Notes: generated from the letters alone by a model not told the origin. A stretch of 64,000 nt of DNA from Azolla caroliniana (GCA_043228905.1 JBHGNT010000005.1:20708001-20772000), one strand, 5' to 3'; shown: positions 1 through 12,680, counted from the stretch's first letter. Numbers and translations: made by a program.

Positions 1-1864
1 TCGAGGTTGATCCAGACGAGAATGAGATGGGGGCTAATGAAGAGATTGAAATCCAACAAGAGTTAGTAACAAGGCATGATAACAAAGTGAGTGAAATCCT
101 ACAACATCTTTGCAATACCCAAGAAGAGCTAAAGGTAGCCAATATGGAATCTGCAGATGCAAAAGTCATAATTCGTGATCTGGAGAAAAGAATGTTAGGT
201 ATTCTCCGAGAGCAGGAGAGGGTACTTGCTGGGGAAGAAGATAAGATGAGAGAGATGCAAGGCAAGGCAGAGTCACAAATGAAAATACTTGAGAGCAAAG
301 TGGCCTCTTTAACAGCAGAACTTGAAAACCGAGAAAAAGAACATGAGGAGATGATTGCCAAATGCACCACACTGGAGGCAAAAATCGAGGAGTACTAGAA
401 CAAACTCTTTCTCCTTTCTCATATTTGGCAAATTAAACTGTGTATTTTAAAGTAATGAATTGTATCTTGTTTTTGCAGATATGTGAACGAGGCTGACCGT
501 AAAAGTTCTTGGATATTAGAGGTTCAAGAAGCACATGCAAACAAGGTAGTAATAAGGGATACTAAATACCATGTTGTGAGAATTGTTGGATGGCTGTCTA
601 TTTATGTCATATGTGTATGTGTACATGTGCATTCGTCATTAGACCATGTACGTGCAGTAATAAAAGAGAATTAATGATCATAATCTATTGTAATTACCTC
701 ACATTTGTGGAAATTCTGCAGGAGAAAGAGATAGCTGCAGCTAAGGAAAACCTTGAAGACTGCCAGAGGACTATTCTTATCTTAGGGAAGCAACTGTCAG
801 CACTTACTGATGCATCGGAATCTTTCACTTCGAGCATGTCCATGAACTGTAATCATGAAAGTTTCAATCGAAACACGTTGATAACCAAGAACTCTTATTG
901 TGGGGAGTGTGACCAAAACACACCGAGATCCAAGAATTCTACTCACAAGCGTTCCGAATCATTCACTTCTAGCGTGTCCATGAACTGTAATCATGAAGGT
1001 GTCAATCCAAATGCATTAATAACCAAGAACTCTCATCATGGAGATAACGACCAAAACACACCAAGATCCAAGAATTCTACTCATGGAAGCCTTAACCAAA
1101 GCACAACAGTAGCCAAGAGCTGTAGGTTCAATATAAACACATCGTCAATGAATTGTAAATATGGAGGGGTCAGCCATAATAACACATCTTCGATGCATTA
1201 TAATCATGAAGGTTTCAATTGTAACACAGCCTCCATGAACTGCAATCATGGTGGATACACTCAAAACACACCATCCACGAAATGTAATAATGTTGGGTAC
1301 AATCAAAACATGACATCCATGAATTGTAACCATGAGGGATTGGATCAAAAAACAGGGGTAAGTTATGGAAGGTCAAGCCGGACACATCACCATAGTCGGA
1401 ATTATGCTCACAGTGGCTCAGTAGACTTATCGTCATCACAAAGAATAGACTCAATGAGGATGGGTCATGGAAATCATCGCCGATTGTACTCAGAAGCAGA
1501 GGTTAAATATGCAATGGAAGGTTCAGGGATTAGGAAGGTTAGTAAGAAGTATTCGGTTGCCGAGCATCTGCGGATGGATGATGACTGCTCCGAGAACAGC
1601 TATAACAGCTATAGCACTGGGAGCTCGCCATCCATTTCTCCGAGTCAGGAAGTTGGCGGAGTTCGGAGGAATCCAAATGTGAACCTGTCCGTTCGCACCT
1701 CATTAAGAAGGTCGATGGCAACTGCAGCAGCACCATCACCATCACCACCATCATCATCATCTTCAGCAACAGCAATGACGGTAACAACACCAAGAGGAAC
1801 GACAAGTAACAACAGTCACACTACTTCAGGATTCAGTAGATTCTTCAATAGGAACAAGAAATGA
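1..1864 (+). CDS. Filament-like plant protein (FPP/DUF869 family), 3' part; exons <1-391, 479-545, 722-1864
   Basis: Coiled-coil ORF, then the FPP C-terminal motif EKEIAAAKENLEDCQRTILILGKQLSAL and the terminal GFSRFF. GT-AG introns 392-478 and 546-721 keep the frame. Confidence 0.8.
815..1340 (+). repeat. Coding tandem repeats in the FPP last exon (2 x 138 bp, then about 5 x ~42 bp SMNCNH units)
   Basis: SESFTSS.SMNCNHE...DQNTPRSKNSTH starts at 815 and again at 953, followed by ~14-aa NT.SMNCNH.G units. Confidence 0.85.
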
Positions 1865-1989
1865 AAGAGGAATCGAGAGAAAGAATCGGATCATGTGGTC
1901 AAGCGAAATCTATAACTTGTGGGTCATGGCTTTAGATGAATTCCAAACAATCTCCATGTGGCGCTACAACATTGCAATCTCACCATGAC

Positions 1990-2310
1990 CTCCAAGAGCA
2001 CTCTTATTTGGCCCTAAACATCCATATACCAATATAATACCCTGTCTTGATGACACTCACGTTAGGAGTTGCAAAGTATATCAATTGCAGTTCTTTTCCA
2101 GTTTTTCAATAGGGCGCCAAATGTTGAAACATTCGGAAGTATCAATCCACATGACTAAAATAGGCATCAATCTCTGGTTGCATGGGATGTGATTTGCAAC
2201 TTGAATGAACTTTAGAGCTTGATTGCACTTGCGAAACTTCACTTCACCTTAGCCATATCTTTGAGCCACCCATGCAAACCCACATGTCCATGAGCATGAT
2301 TCAACGGTCT
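1990..2310 (-). pseudogene. Possible highly degraded Ty1/copia remnant (pre-integrase/integrase start)
   Basis: Minus strand gives LNHAHGHVG (resembles WHxRLGH) and, across an indel, VLYWYMDV*GP / NKSALGG (resembles VHTDVWGP..SLGG). Very decayed. Confidence 0.3.
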
Positions 2311-4429
2311 AAAGGTTATATGATCCAAAAACTTTAGTAGTAGACTGATGTAAACGATAGTAGTACTATGTTTAAAGCTTTGTAAAATTAATTTTGGATG
2401 GATTTTGTGTGGACTATGAATCAAATGCTTATTTCCTCCTACGAACAAGATTTTGGGCACTTTGGATCATTTGTATAGCTTACAGCAATAAGGTCTCTAG
2501 TTAAAACCAATTGTAGGAATTCAGCTCTTTTAGCAATCTCTTAGACAATCTCTATTTGATTAGCCATAGGTTTGGGATGTCCCGCTTCAAACATACTCTT
2601 TTAGGAATTTTAGTATTTGCTCAGCACATTGTACATTTCTCACTATTATTTTGTGGTTTTTCATCACACCATGCCACAATATGGTCAAAGACTGATTTGT
2701 CACCACTAGCTACATTTGGAACATAGCTTTAGGCTTGCCACTATCATATAGTTCTTACACAAGGATTCAAACACATATTGGTGAAGATCATTGATATCTA
2801 GTTGTGATTGAAAAGTTTGGATATAAGAAATGGCTAAACAAAAGTACTAATTTATGGTGCATGTAGACAACAAGGTATAATGGTGTTTTCCAATTTTACA
2901 CTATGCTAGCTAGCGATGGTGAGGTGAATGGATAACTATGAAGTTTTCCATAGTCTATGCCAAAGACCTGCTATCATTGACTATGAGTTATGAAATTTGG
3001 GACCAAACTTACCCAATTATCCATTGTTGTCACAACCTTAAGGTTTTATAGTATTGGTTTTAATCTAGAAATAACATGCTACATTTGTAGACAATGATAG
3101 TGACTAAAATCATTCAAACACACCATCAACAACAATAACAAATAACTTGTGTTAATCATCAAACTTGTGGCTAAGTGCTAACATCTTGATTAATAATATT
3201 AAAAAAAGATTGATCAATAAAATCTCAAAATCCATCTTGACACATGCAACTCTACATTCAAGCAAAGAAGAATTCTTCATGTTTCATCATTTATATCCTT
3301 TTTCTAGGAGACAAGATTGAATTTTATCTCATTTTCACAAAATATTGAACTACTTATATGCAAAACCTTGATTGTCAGATTTGCATCACACCTTTTTGTC
3401 TGATTAATGCTACTTAAATATTTAGACTTAAGAAGTTTCGAGGTTTTCTTTCTTTGTTTGCCAAAACATGTCTTGTTTTATTAATCTTGTGAGAGCAAAT
3501 TGTGATCACTACATTTTTTTGAAACCAGTGGCAATTCACAGATATTTTGGTTGGCTGAATTTCTTTCTGTAGAATGAGGTGCTATGAGTTTTTAAAATTT
3601 TGCATTGTATTTATCATGATATCATGGAGCTCTTATTTGCATTACTGATCAAAGGATATAGATGTGCACTATCCACATAATCATGGAATCTGACTATAAT
3701 AGAGGAGAAAATACACTTGGAAATAAGCATACCATAACAGATACCAAGGATAGCTCTGTGATGTCTTCCTTTAAACTGATGTAACCACATATAAAAAAAG
3801 TATATTATAATGATTCAAACTCATGTTCTTTATGGAAATAAGAAACCAAAGAAATCTGATACTACAAATTTTCTGAAGCCATCAGATATAATGCAGTAAA
3901 TGTTGCGAAAAAATCGTGTCAAGTGATATTGTGATAAATATAAGCAGTGAGTAACTTTGTGAGAATCACAAGGTCTTGCACAGATTTCTCAATGTGTAAT
4001 AAGCCCTTTTGCCTGGCAAAATCTCAGACCAGAATATGTCATGAGACTATATCACACATCATTATCAACAAGTCCATCCAAAACTAATGCAGTGTTCACT
4101 GTGATGAAGCTTTGCCATCTCCATTTGTACATTTATACCACTTATTCTGTTCAAGTTCTCTATAATTTTCATTAGCAAACACATTGGTCTCTATTATCAC
4201 AAGCTAAACACTTGGTGTACATCTATTTTTCATCAGCAATAACTCCTGCTTGCACAGCAATAACTCCTGCTTGCACTATTATTATCCTAATGTTGTCTAT
4301 CTCTGCACACTTCAAAATGACTGAATTGAATTGAATTTGCTCATTGAAGCCACCAGGTTGAACATTTCCTTCTTTCTTTTTATTTATCAAATACACCCAT
4401 TTTCACTATCCAATTCTCCATCAAATCAC

Positions 4430-4805
4430 TGAACCACAAAACCATTTAAACTGAAACTACCGTTAGAAAAAATAAAATCCAAACCGTTAAAAACCGCGAT
4501 TTTGTGGCTCGGTTTCGGTTTTTCAACTTAGATCAAAATTCATTTTTAAATTTTTAAAAATTTTCATTATTTCAAATTTTAATTTTTCAAGATTTTAAAG
4601 ATTTTTCCTAAAATGTAAGAATTAGGCTTAAAAATGAAAAGGTTGTTTAAAAACAAAATTCTAATTTTTTTAATTATCAAACTATTTAAACTGCAGTTTC
4701 AAACCGTTATAACCGAACCGAACCATTTAAACTGTTAAGTAGTTAAGCCACGGTTTTGTGGCTCGATTCGGTTCAAACCAATCTATTACCAATTGTTATG
4801 CCCTA
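4430..4805. mobile_element. MITE-like remnant rich in AACCG/CGGTT, related in opposite orientation to 41898-42402
   Basis: Clusters of aaccg/cggtt motifs; ends ttgttatgcccta. 4481-4550 resembles the reverse complement of 42170-42240. Confidence 0.55.
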
Positions 4806-5099
4806 CGCTGCCGAGTGCGCTAGACCAGCTACGAGATTCTTCACATCGGTTAGAGATCGAGATGTAGGTGGAGAATAGATCGATCATAAATGTATGCATA
4901 TTCACGAATAACATCTCGAGGAATGAATTCGCTAATCATGTCATCGCGGTGTGGAAATATGAGGAACGTTGTTTGTTTGTTGCTAACCTGGTGATGCGTT
5001 CACCTCTTTAAGCAAGCCTTTCGCCCACATACACCAACATGTGAATGACTAGGGTGCCTGGGGCCTTTTATCGCTAGAACTCAAGAGATAGTGGGGGGG

Positions 5100-5786
5100 A
5101 AGTTGTTCAAGGACAACACCATTAATAGTAACATGAATCCACAACAACCTCATCAACAATGAACAATCACAACACTATTGCTCATGCTAAAGTCAAACAC
5201 TCGAGCTACACCAAATAGGCTCCTGATTAGGACCTCGCAAAGGGTTTACAATTAGATCAGGCATGGCAAATTGCTATTGCACAATCGTGTAACATCTACT
5301 TTCAATTGTGGGGTCTCCCATTATCTTGGCACAAGGTTTCATTCACCATACTCAATCTCTTAGATGGAATACTGTCCATTCCAACAAGCAACTTTGACAA
5401 CTCGTAGTTTGAATGCAACTTGATTGTTTCGATCCCCTTTGGTGTTGTCGAAAGTTGCTTCGAGCCTAATGACACTAGTGGTCCTATGTGTATCAATGCA
5501 AAATTAGGACACAAAGAGTTGCATGTTCTTTCCTCATGGCCACATCCAAATCAAATCAAATTCTAGTTGAGTAAGGGCTATAGATACCTCAACAACTTGT
5601 CAAACTTGTTTCGCAACACAAAAAAGTTTGGTTGCCTATTTCTAGCTTTCAACTTCTATACAAACAACATTACGTTATTTTATGCTCTCCTCTCTCCTCT
5701 TGTTGTAACTAACAACATGATTGCTTCCATTCTCCTAAATCATTTGTTTTTAAAATAATTTGGGTGGTTGTTCGAGGAATACCAAT
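5100..5786 (-). pseudogene. Old gypsy-like remnant (decayed aspartic protease) that hosts later insertions; probably resumes at 11078-11312
   Basis: Minus strand CPNFALIHIG resembles the ALIDTG protease motif. It is interrupted by element A. Confidence 0.35.
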
Positions 5787-6139
5787 TGTCACGGATCATA
5801 AACTCAAGAGACAAGCAAGAAGATAACCAAATGGACAAGAAAGAAGATAGTATTAAAGGAAAGACTCCATAACTGGTGTTGTTCACCTTGAATTCCTTCA
5901 AGGTGAACTCCTCTATTTATACTACATGGCATGCATACTTATTGCACGCATGTGAATCTACAATAGAGCATGTAGGTATGCATGCATGTGCCAAGTGTAA
6001 ATACTACAAGGGAGCAACTATGCACATGATGCTAGTAAAATAATAAGGACCAATTACATACATAACTAGTACTAGATATCTTGGTTAACTCATAATACTA
6101 GATTATAACATGGTCGTGTCAAGAGTTCGAATCTTGACA
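5787..6139 (-). repeat. 3' LTR of element A
   Basis: Near-identical direct repeat of 10720-11072. Confidence 0.95.
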
Positions 6140-9100
6140 TTATCCCCCCTCTTACGCCGCCTTCCCAAATCGGCCGCTGGTTTGTGGGGATATCTGTGAT
6201 GAAAATCTTGGACGACCTCTGGGGCATTTTGTAAATTTGCCGATGGTTCCCATGTGGCCTCAAACATGGGGTAACCCCTCCATAGGACGAGGTATTGCAA
6301 GTGTCGACAGTGCCAACGCGAGTCAAGGATTTGGTCGACCTCGTATTCCTCCCCTGTCGTCAATTGCACAGGTGGTGGTGGTGGGGCTTGACGTCCTGGG
6401 AGTTGTGAAGCACAATGGGGTTCGAGGAGGGAGACATGAAAAACATCGTGAATCCAGAAGTGGGATGGAAGGGCGAGCCGGAAGGCGACGGGATTGATGC
6501 ACTCGATGATACGGAATGGTCCCAACTTCTTGTAATCAAGTTTCGCACATGGACGAGTAGTAGAGATGTGTCGACGTAACAACCAGACCATGTCTCCAAC
6601 GACAAAGTGTGGAGTGGAAGATCGATGGCGATAAGCCTGCTTCTTGTATCGTTCACTAGCAAGACTAAGCTCCAAGGATAAATCATGATGTAGTTCTTCC
6701 AAAATGCGGGCGCGATCCTCCGCCGAAGGGTTCACGGAAGTGGTAGGAAGGGAAATGTTGAAGCGAGGATGTAAACCATAGTTGGCAAAGAAGGGAGTGA
6801 CGCCAGTCGATGCATGGAGAGAATTATTGTAGGCGAATTCCGCGAGCGAAAGTAAGTTGACCCAATCATCTTGTTGGTAACTAACCGAGCACCGAAGATA
6901 CTGCTCAAGGATTTGGTTGACACGCTCCGTTTGCCCGTCAGTTTGGGGGTGATAAGCGGAGGACAACTTGACAGAGATGCCTAAAGTTTGTAGCAGGCGC
7001 TGCCAGAAGTGAGAGACAAACTGGGGTCCGCGATCCGAGATGACATCATCAGGGAGTCCATGCAAGTGTACCACATTGTTGAGTAGGAGATGCACCATTC
7101 CTTCTCCGGAAATGGTTTTGGAGCATGGAGTGAAGTGAGCCATCTTTGTAAACCGATCGACAACGACCAACACCGAGTCATAGCTATTGACCAAGGGTAG
7201 ATCAGTTATCAGGTCCATAGAGATAGAGGCCCAAGGACGACGAGGACATGGAAGCGGCTGTAGTAAGCCGTATGGCCGATGATGAATGGCTTTGGAGCGA
7301 GCACAAACCTCACAACTCTTTATGTATTCTTTGACCAGCTTCCATGGTTGTGGCCACCAATACCCCCGAGAGATTAGCTCGAGGGTTTTCGCGACCCCGA
7401 AATGACCTGCAAGTGGGTCATCGTGGCATTCCCGCAACACCCGGGTGCGACATGGGCCCTCTGGGATGTATAAGAGATGATCTCGGAACAACAAACCCTC
7501 TTGTATGGTGAAGGTGTCAAGATCCTTCCTTTTGGTCGCCTTGGAGGGGTTTTGCAGACTATCTCGAATCTCATTGGCGAACGCATCAGTCTTGGATGCA
7601 TCAGTGATTTGTTGGAGTAAAGAATCATCCTGCAACATACAAGTGGCAAAAAGATGCAATTGGTCGGGTTTCAACAAACGTCTAGATTGTTGAGCATAAG
7701 CAGCATCCCCAGGGCGGAGTGCAAGGCCAGCTCGTCGAGAAAGGGCATCAGCCTTCCCATGTTGGCCACCAGGTTGAAATACGATCTCAAAATCGTAGTT
7801 GGCGAGAAATGTCGACCAACGGGCCTGCCTTCGATTCAAAGTACGAGTGGTGGAAAAATAAACTAAATTTTTATGATCAGTCACTACCTGGACACGATGT
7901 TGTGCGCCGGCCAAGTAGGGTTGCCATTCGTCAAAGGTAGCAATGATAGCAGCAAGCTCCTTGTCGTAAATGGGATAATTGATTTCGGATGCCGTAAATT
8001 TTCGGGAATAGTAAGCCACTGGGTGCATTAGGTTGTTGTCGTCTACCTGGGATAAGATGGCGCCAATGGCAAAGTCAGAGGCATCGGTTTCGACTTGGAA
8101 GGGTTTTGTGGGGTCGGCATGTAGCAGCACTAGGGCAGTGATGAATGCGTGTTTGAGTGAGTCGAACGCATTTTGTGCCTCCGAGGTCCATAAAAATGGA
8201 GTGCCTTTATGGGTGAGAGCGATAAGAGGTTGTGCTAGGTGGAAAACCCCTTGATGAAGCAACGGTAAAAATTCGCAAAGACGAGGAAGGATTGCACATC
8301 TTTAAGTTGCCTTGGAGTCGCCCACGCTTGAATGACAGAGACCTTCTTCATATCCATGGTGATGCCAATGGGCGGGATGATGTAGCCCAGAAATTCGATC
8401 GAGGTATGGTTGAACTCGCATTTCTCGCCTTTGGCATAAAGGCCATGCTCGCGAAGTTTGGCAAGAACTAATCGGACTTGGCGAGTGTGCTCCTCCATGT
8501 TTGGCGAGAAAATGAGAATATCATCGAGGTAAATGACAACAAAAAGATCAAGATATTCCCGGAAAATATCGTTCATCATATGTTGAAAAACTGCGGGAGC
8601 GTTAGTAAGACCAAAAGGCATTACCTTGTATTCGAAATGCCCATACCGTGTTCGAAATGCGGTTTTCCATTCATCCCCTGGCTTGATGCGTACTAGATTG
8701 TACGCTCCACGCAGATCAACTTTGGAGAAGACACGCGCAACTCGGAGCCGATCAAGGAGTTCGGGGATCAGAGGTAGCGGATAGCGGTTGCGCACAGTGA
8801 GTTTGTTGAGACCTCGGTAGTCGACGCATAAGCGTAGAGAGCCGTCCTTCTTCTTCACAAATAAAATTGGGGCCCCGGCTGGTGACTTAGAAGGTTGAAT
8901 AAAGCCTTTCTCGAGGTTCTCATCGAGATACACACGAAGGGCCTTCAACTCTGGTGCAAACAACGCATATAGAGGACCAAAGGGTGGACACGCTCCTTCT
9001 TGAAGATCAATTGGACAGTCGTAGAGCCAGTGTTCAAGCAAACGATCAACATTACATTTTTCAAATACATCGGAGAAGTGTTGGTATTTTTCGGGAATAA

Positions 9101-9680
9101 CATGGAGTGTGTTAGAAATGGCGCCACAAACAAACCCATCCTAGACCGATGATGGGGTAGTCAATTTGGAGTCGACCGTCTCCGAAGGATAGGAAACTGA
9201 ATTTACCGTCGTACTTTTGCACGAGCATCTTGGCTTGCTAAATGTGATCGAGCGGTTGCACCAATCCACTATTGGATTGTGCGCCTCCAACCACGTTAGT
9301 CCTAAGATGATCGGATGTCGAGGAGATGCGATGAGGTAAAAGGTGAGCTCTTGGTGTGAGCCCACCCGAAGCCCTAATGGGATTGTAGCTTGAGTAATTG
9401 CACCTGACGAGAGGACGCACCTGTCGATGGCTTCAACTGGAATGGGTTTCGAGAGGCCAACGACAGGTACGCCATGTGCTTGGGCAAACGCGAAGTCGAT
9501 GAAGCAAGAAGATGCCCCAGAATCAAGTAAAGCAACAGACTGAATGGAACTAGAGTTAAACGAAAGCCATACCTCCAATGTGAAATTGCCTAATGATCCG
9601 GCAATGGAACCAAGAGAATGTGGGCGAGGGGAGATGTCCAGTTGCATGGCTCCTACTGCAACTGAACGATGTCATTTTCC
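6103..9680 (-). pseudogene. pol of element A (protease, RT, RNase H, integrase, chromodomain), disrupted
   Basis: LLDSGAS; YLDD; ETDASDFAIG; H..H/C..C and DDE integrase; EYEVDQILDSR..YLVLWRGY..TWEP chromodomain. Split over ORFs 9141-9647, 8235-9041 and 6103-8262. Confidence 0.93.
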
Positions 9681-10669
9681 GGATGTTGGGGTCCGTTAGC
9701 TCGATGGAATTGTGGGCGAGTACTCCTAGGACAATGGCGAACGACATGACCAGAGGCGCCACAATACATGCACAAGCCATTAGCCCGCCGAAATTGTCGT
9801 TCAACATCAGTCAATGGCCGAAATCGGGCTTAATCAATTTCCATGGGGACAGGAGCATCTGCCGAAGTAGGCGAGTGTGAGGATGCTTGGGGTTGTATGA
9901 CCGGGGCGTGGCGTGCAAGTGAATGAGGTGGAACCCAAGTCCGGCGCTCTTCTTGGCGAAATTCGAAAAGACGATTGTCACAATGGACTGCTTGTGAAAT
10001 CACTTGGGATAATGAGGTGGGCTCCGGAAAGTTTAAGAGAAGATTCTTGACATTGCTTCGAAGACCGCGCCGAAAGTGATCAGCTAAAGCTTGATCATCC
10101 CAATTGACGTCGCATGCTAGTTGTCGAAATTCGGAAGCATAGACCGAAGCTGCACATGAACCTTGTTCGAGTGCATAAATCTTGTTAAGAGTTGTACGTC
10201 GTCGGTCCGTCTCGCCAAATGTGGCCTCTAACTCGGCGAGGAAGGCGGGAAAGTCCTCCAATAAAGGTGATGAGGTTTCTACCAATGGTGCAAACCAAGC
10301 TTGGGCCGGACCGGAGAGAAGGGTGTCCACAAGGCCGACTTGTCGAAGACCATCTCCATAACGTTGAGGTTGTAGCAGAATGATAAGTCGAACTTGGTTG
10401 ATGAACCCTCAAAAATGCGACCTCGTTCCATCAAATTTTTCTGGGAGGCTAACCTTAGGCTCAAGAAACTGTGACGAAGCTAGGCTAGATGTTGGTAGAA
10501 GATTGGGTTCTAGGCTAGGTTGTTGTGGGAGACTAGGGTTCGGGGGTTGTGAGGATAGGGAGGTACCGACTTGAAGTTCTTGTAAAGAATTTCGAAGAGC
10601 TTCATTTTCAAGCTGTAGTTGTCGTAAGGCTACCATTATTTGGCCTAACTCACTAGTTGAGTCGGACAT
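9654..10669 (-). pseudogene. gag of element A with CCHC zinc knuckle, disrupted
   Basis: EPKVSLPEKFDG, capsid QG....Y..EF..LA....W, PMEID, and LCMYCGASGHVVRHC after a premature stop. Confidence 0.88.
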
Positions 10670-10706
10670 AGCTATGGCTTATGAGAGGGAGAACTATGAG
10701 GATGGG

Positions 10707-10717
10707 AAGGTGAACAA
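10707..10717 (-). promoter_or_regulatory. Self-priming PBS of element A (TTGTTCACCTT)
   Basis: Lies 2 nt after the 5' LTR and does not begin TGG. Complementary to AAGGTGAACAA (minus strand 10822-10812), which starts 32 nt after the first base of TATAAAT. Confidence 0.75.
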
Positions 10718-10719
10718 AT

Positions 10720-11072
10720 TGTCACGGATCATAAACTCAAGAGACAAGCAAGAAGATAACCAAATGGACAAGAAAGAAGATAGTATTAAAGGAAAGACTC
10801 CATAACTGGTGTTGTTCACCTTGAATTCCTTCAAGGTGAACTCCTCTATTTATACTACATGGCATGCATACTTGTTGCACGCATGTGAATCTACAATAGA
10901 GCATGTAGGTATGCATGCATGTGCCAAGTGTAAATACTACAAGGGAGCAACTATGCACATGATGCTAGCAAAATAATAAGGACCAATTATATACATAACT
11001 AGTACTAGATATCTTGGTTAACTCATAATTCTAGATTATAACATGGTCGTGTCAAGAGTTCGAATCTTGACA
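10720..11072 (-). repeat. 5' LTR of element A
   Basis: Repeat of 5787-6139; TATA box on the minus strand at 10854-10848. Confidence 0.95.
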
Positions 11073-12340
11073 CCAATGGCCCTAAGCACATTCCTACATA
11101 ATTGGAGTGGAGAGTTTGACCATTGGTTTAATTGTTGTTTTGAAATGCTAATGAAGATACTCGGGATAAAATGACTTGGTTGGACACAATAAACAAACAA
11201 ACAAAGCATTCTCCGATGGTCATGGTCAAGCCTATGAAAAAGACAGAAGAGTAAAACAAAAACCTAATAAAAATTTCAAGGCATGGTGACATCTGAGGGG
11301 ATATGTTGACGGTGTCACAAAATATCAATATCAAAATTCAAACCTATAACCTTCAAGATGATTGGCTTGATTTCTTAGATATGAAAAAGTTTGCTTACAA
11401 TAATTCAATCCATTCTTTCATGGGATACATGCTATTCTTTGCAAACATAAGATGTCATCCTCATTGGATGATGCTTGAATATCCAAAACTCTCAAACAAT
11501 CCTGTCATTCAAGATCAACTAGAACAACTCCAAAACATTCAAGCCAAGCTTTCCGACCATTTGCTTCATGCTCAAACCAAGTACAAGAAAGCGGTAGACA
11601 GACATCACTTAGACTCTACACCTAAGGAACCTAAGTTTTAAGTTGGTGATCGTGTATGACTATTATGGCGTACTGTGAAGACTATTAGACCATGCAACAA
11701 GTTGGATTTCCAACATTTAGCTCCATTTGTAATCTTTGATAAAGTCAATGATGTTGCATTTTGTTTGGATTTGCCTTCACATATGCATCTTCATCTAATA
11801 TTTCATGTTTTATTGTTAAGAACCATGGACATCAAGTAGTATCATGAACCGGGTTGTTCCACTATCACCTCTAGTCGAACTTGTTGAAGGACCAAAATAT
11901 GAGGTAGAAGCTATTTTGGACTCCAAGATCATCCGATCAAACGTTAGAACCAGCAAAGAATGTCGCTCACACCTTGAATTTATACAAGAGCTTAATATTC
12001 ACTACCCCAATAAACCAAATCCTAGTTCATACATTGTGACTAGTGGAACTCGTCATCAAAGGAGGGGGTGATGTCACAAAATATTAATATCAAAATTCAA
12101 CCTTCAAACAAAATCCTTACATTGTAACCATCACGATGTTGTGATGTTTTCACGCCACGATGAGAGAATAACCTCTACCAAATTATACAAACTAATTCAA
12201 ATATTTGTAAATGGTTGTTTAGTTAAGTGACAACTAATATCTTGATAAGAACCGGTCACCACAGGATGATAATATTATGTGTAAATAGCTAGTTGAATCT
12301 AGGGAAAAAAAAACAAAAAACATAATACTGAGTAAAATAT

Positions 12341-12580
12341 TTTAAAGCTAAATACCTATTCAAAGCACATTTCGTTATTATCATTATAAGGTATTTTACC
12401 TATTAAAGCTATTACCCACTTTTAAAGCTAAATACTTATTATCAACCCATTTTGCTAATTTATCATTATCAGGTATTTTAGCTATTAAAGTTATTACCCA
12501 CTAAAGCTAAATACCTATTCAAAGCACGTTTTTGCTATTATCACTATCAGGTATTTTAGCTATTAAAGCTATTATCCACT
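12341..12580 (+). repeat. About 3 x ~80-bp subrepeat within the LTR of element C (also ~19417-19655)
   Basis: aaagctaaatacctattcaaagcac...ttagctattaaagctattac units at about 12341, 12421 and 12503. Confidence 0.8.
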
Positions 12581-12680
12581 AATGTAGGTGCCTCTTATGC
12601 ATTGGTGACACTTGGCACTCATGCACCCACCTTCCTCATGTATAAAAGGGGGGGTGAGTAATCTTATCAAGGGGGAATAT

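Larger units (their letters stand above)
5787..11072 (-). mobile_element. Element A: full-length Ty3/gypsy chromovirus (Tcn1-like), inactivated
   Basis: 353-bp LTRs (TG..CA) at 5787-6139 and 10720-11072 with about 4 differences; TSD CCAAT at 5782-5786 and 11073-11077; PPT AAGAGGGGGGATAA next to the 3' LTR; order gag-PR-RT-RH-INT-chromodomain. Confidence 0.95.

Noticed and set aside
4234-4275. 21-bp tandem duplication
   Set aside because: Ordinary slippage event in intergenic DNA.
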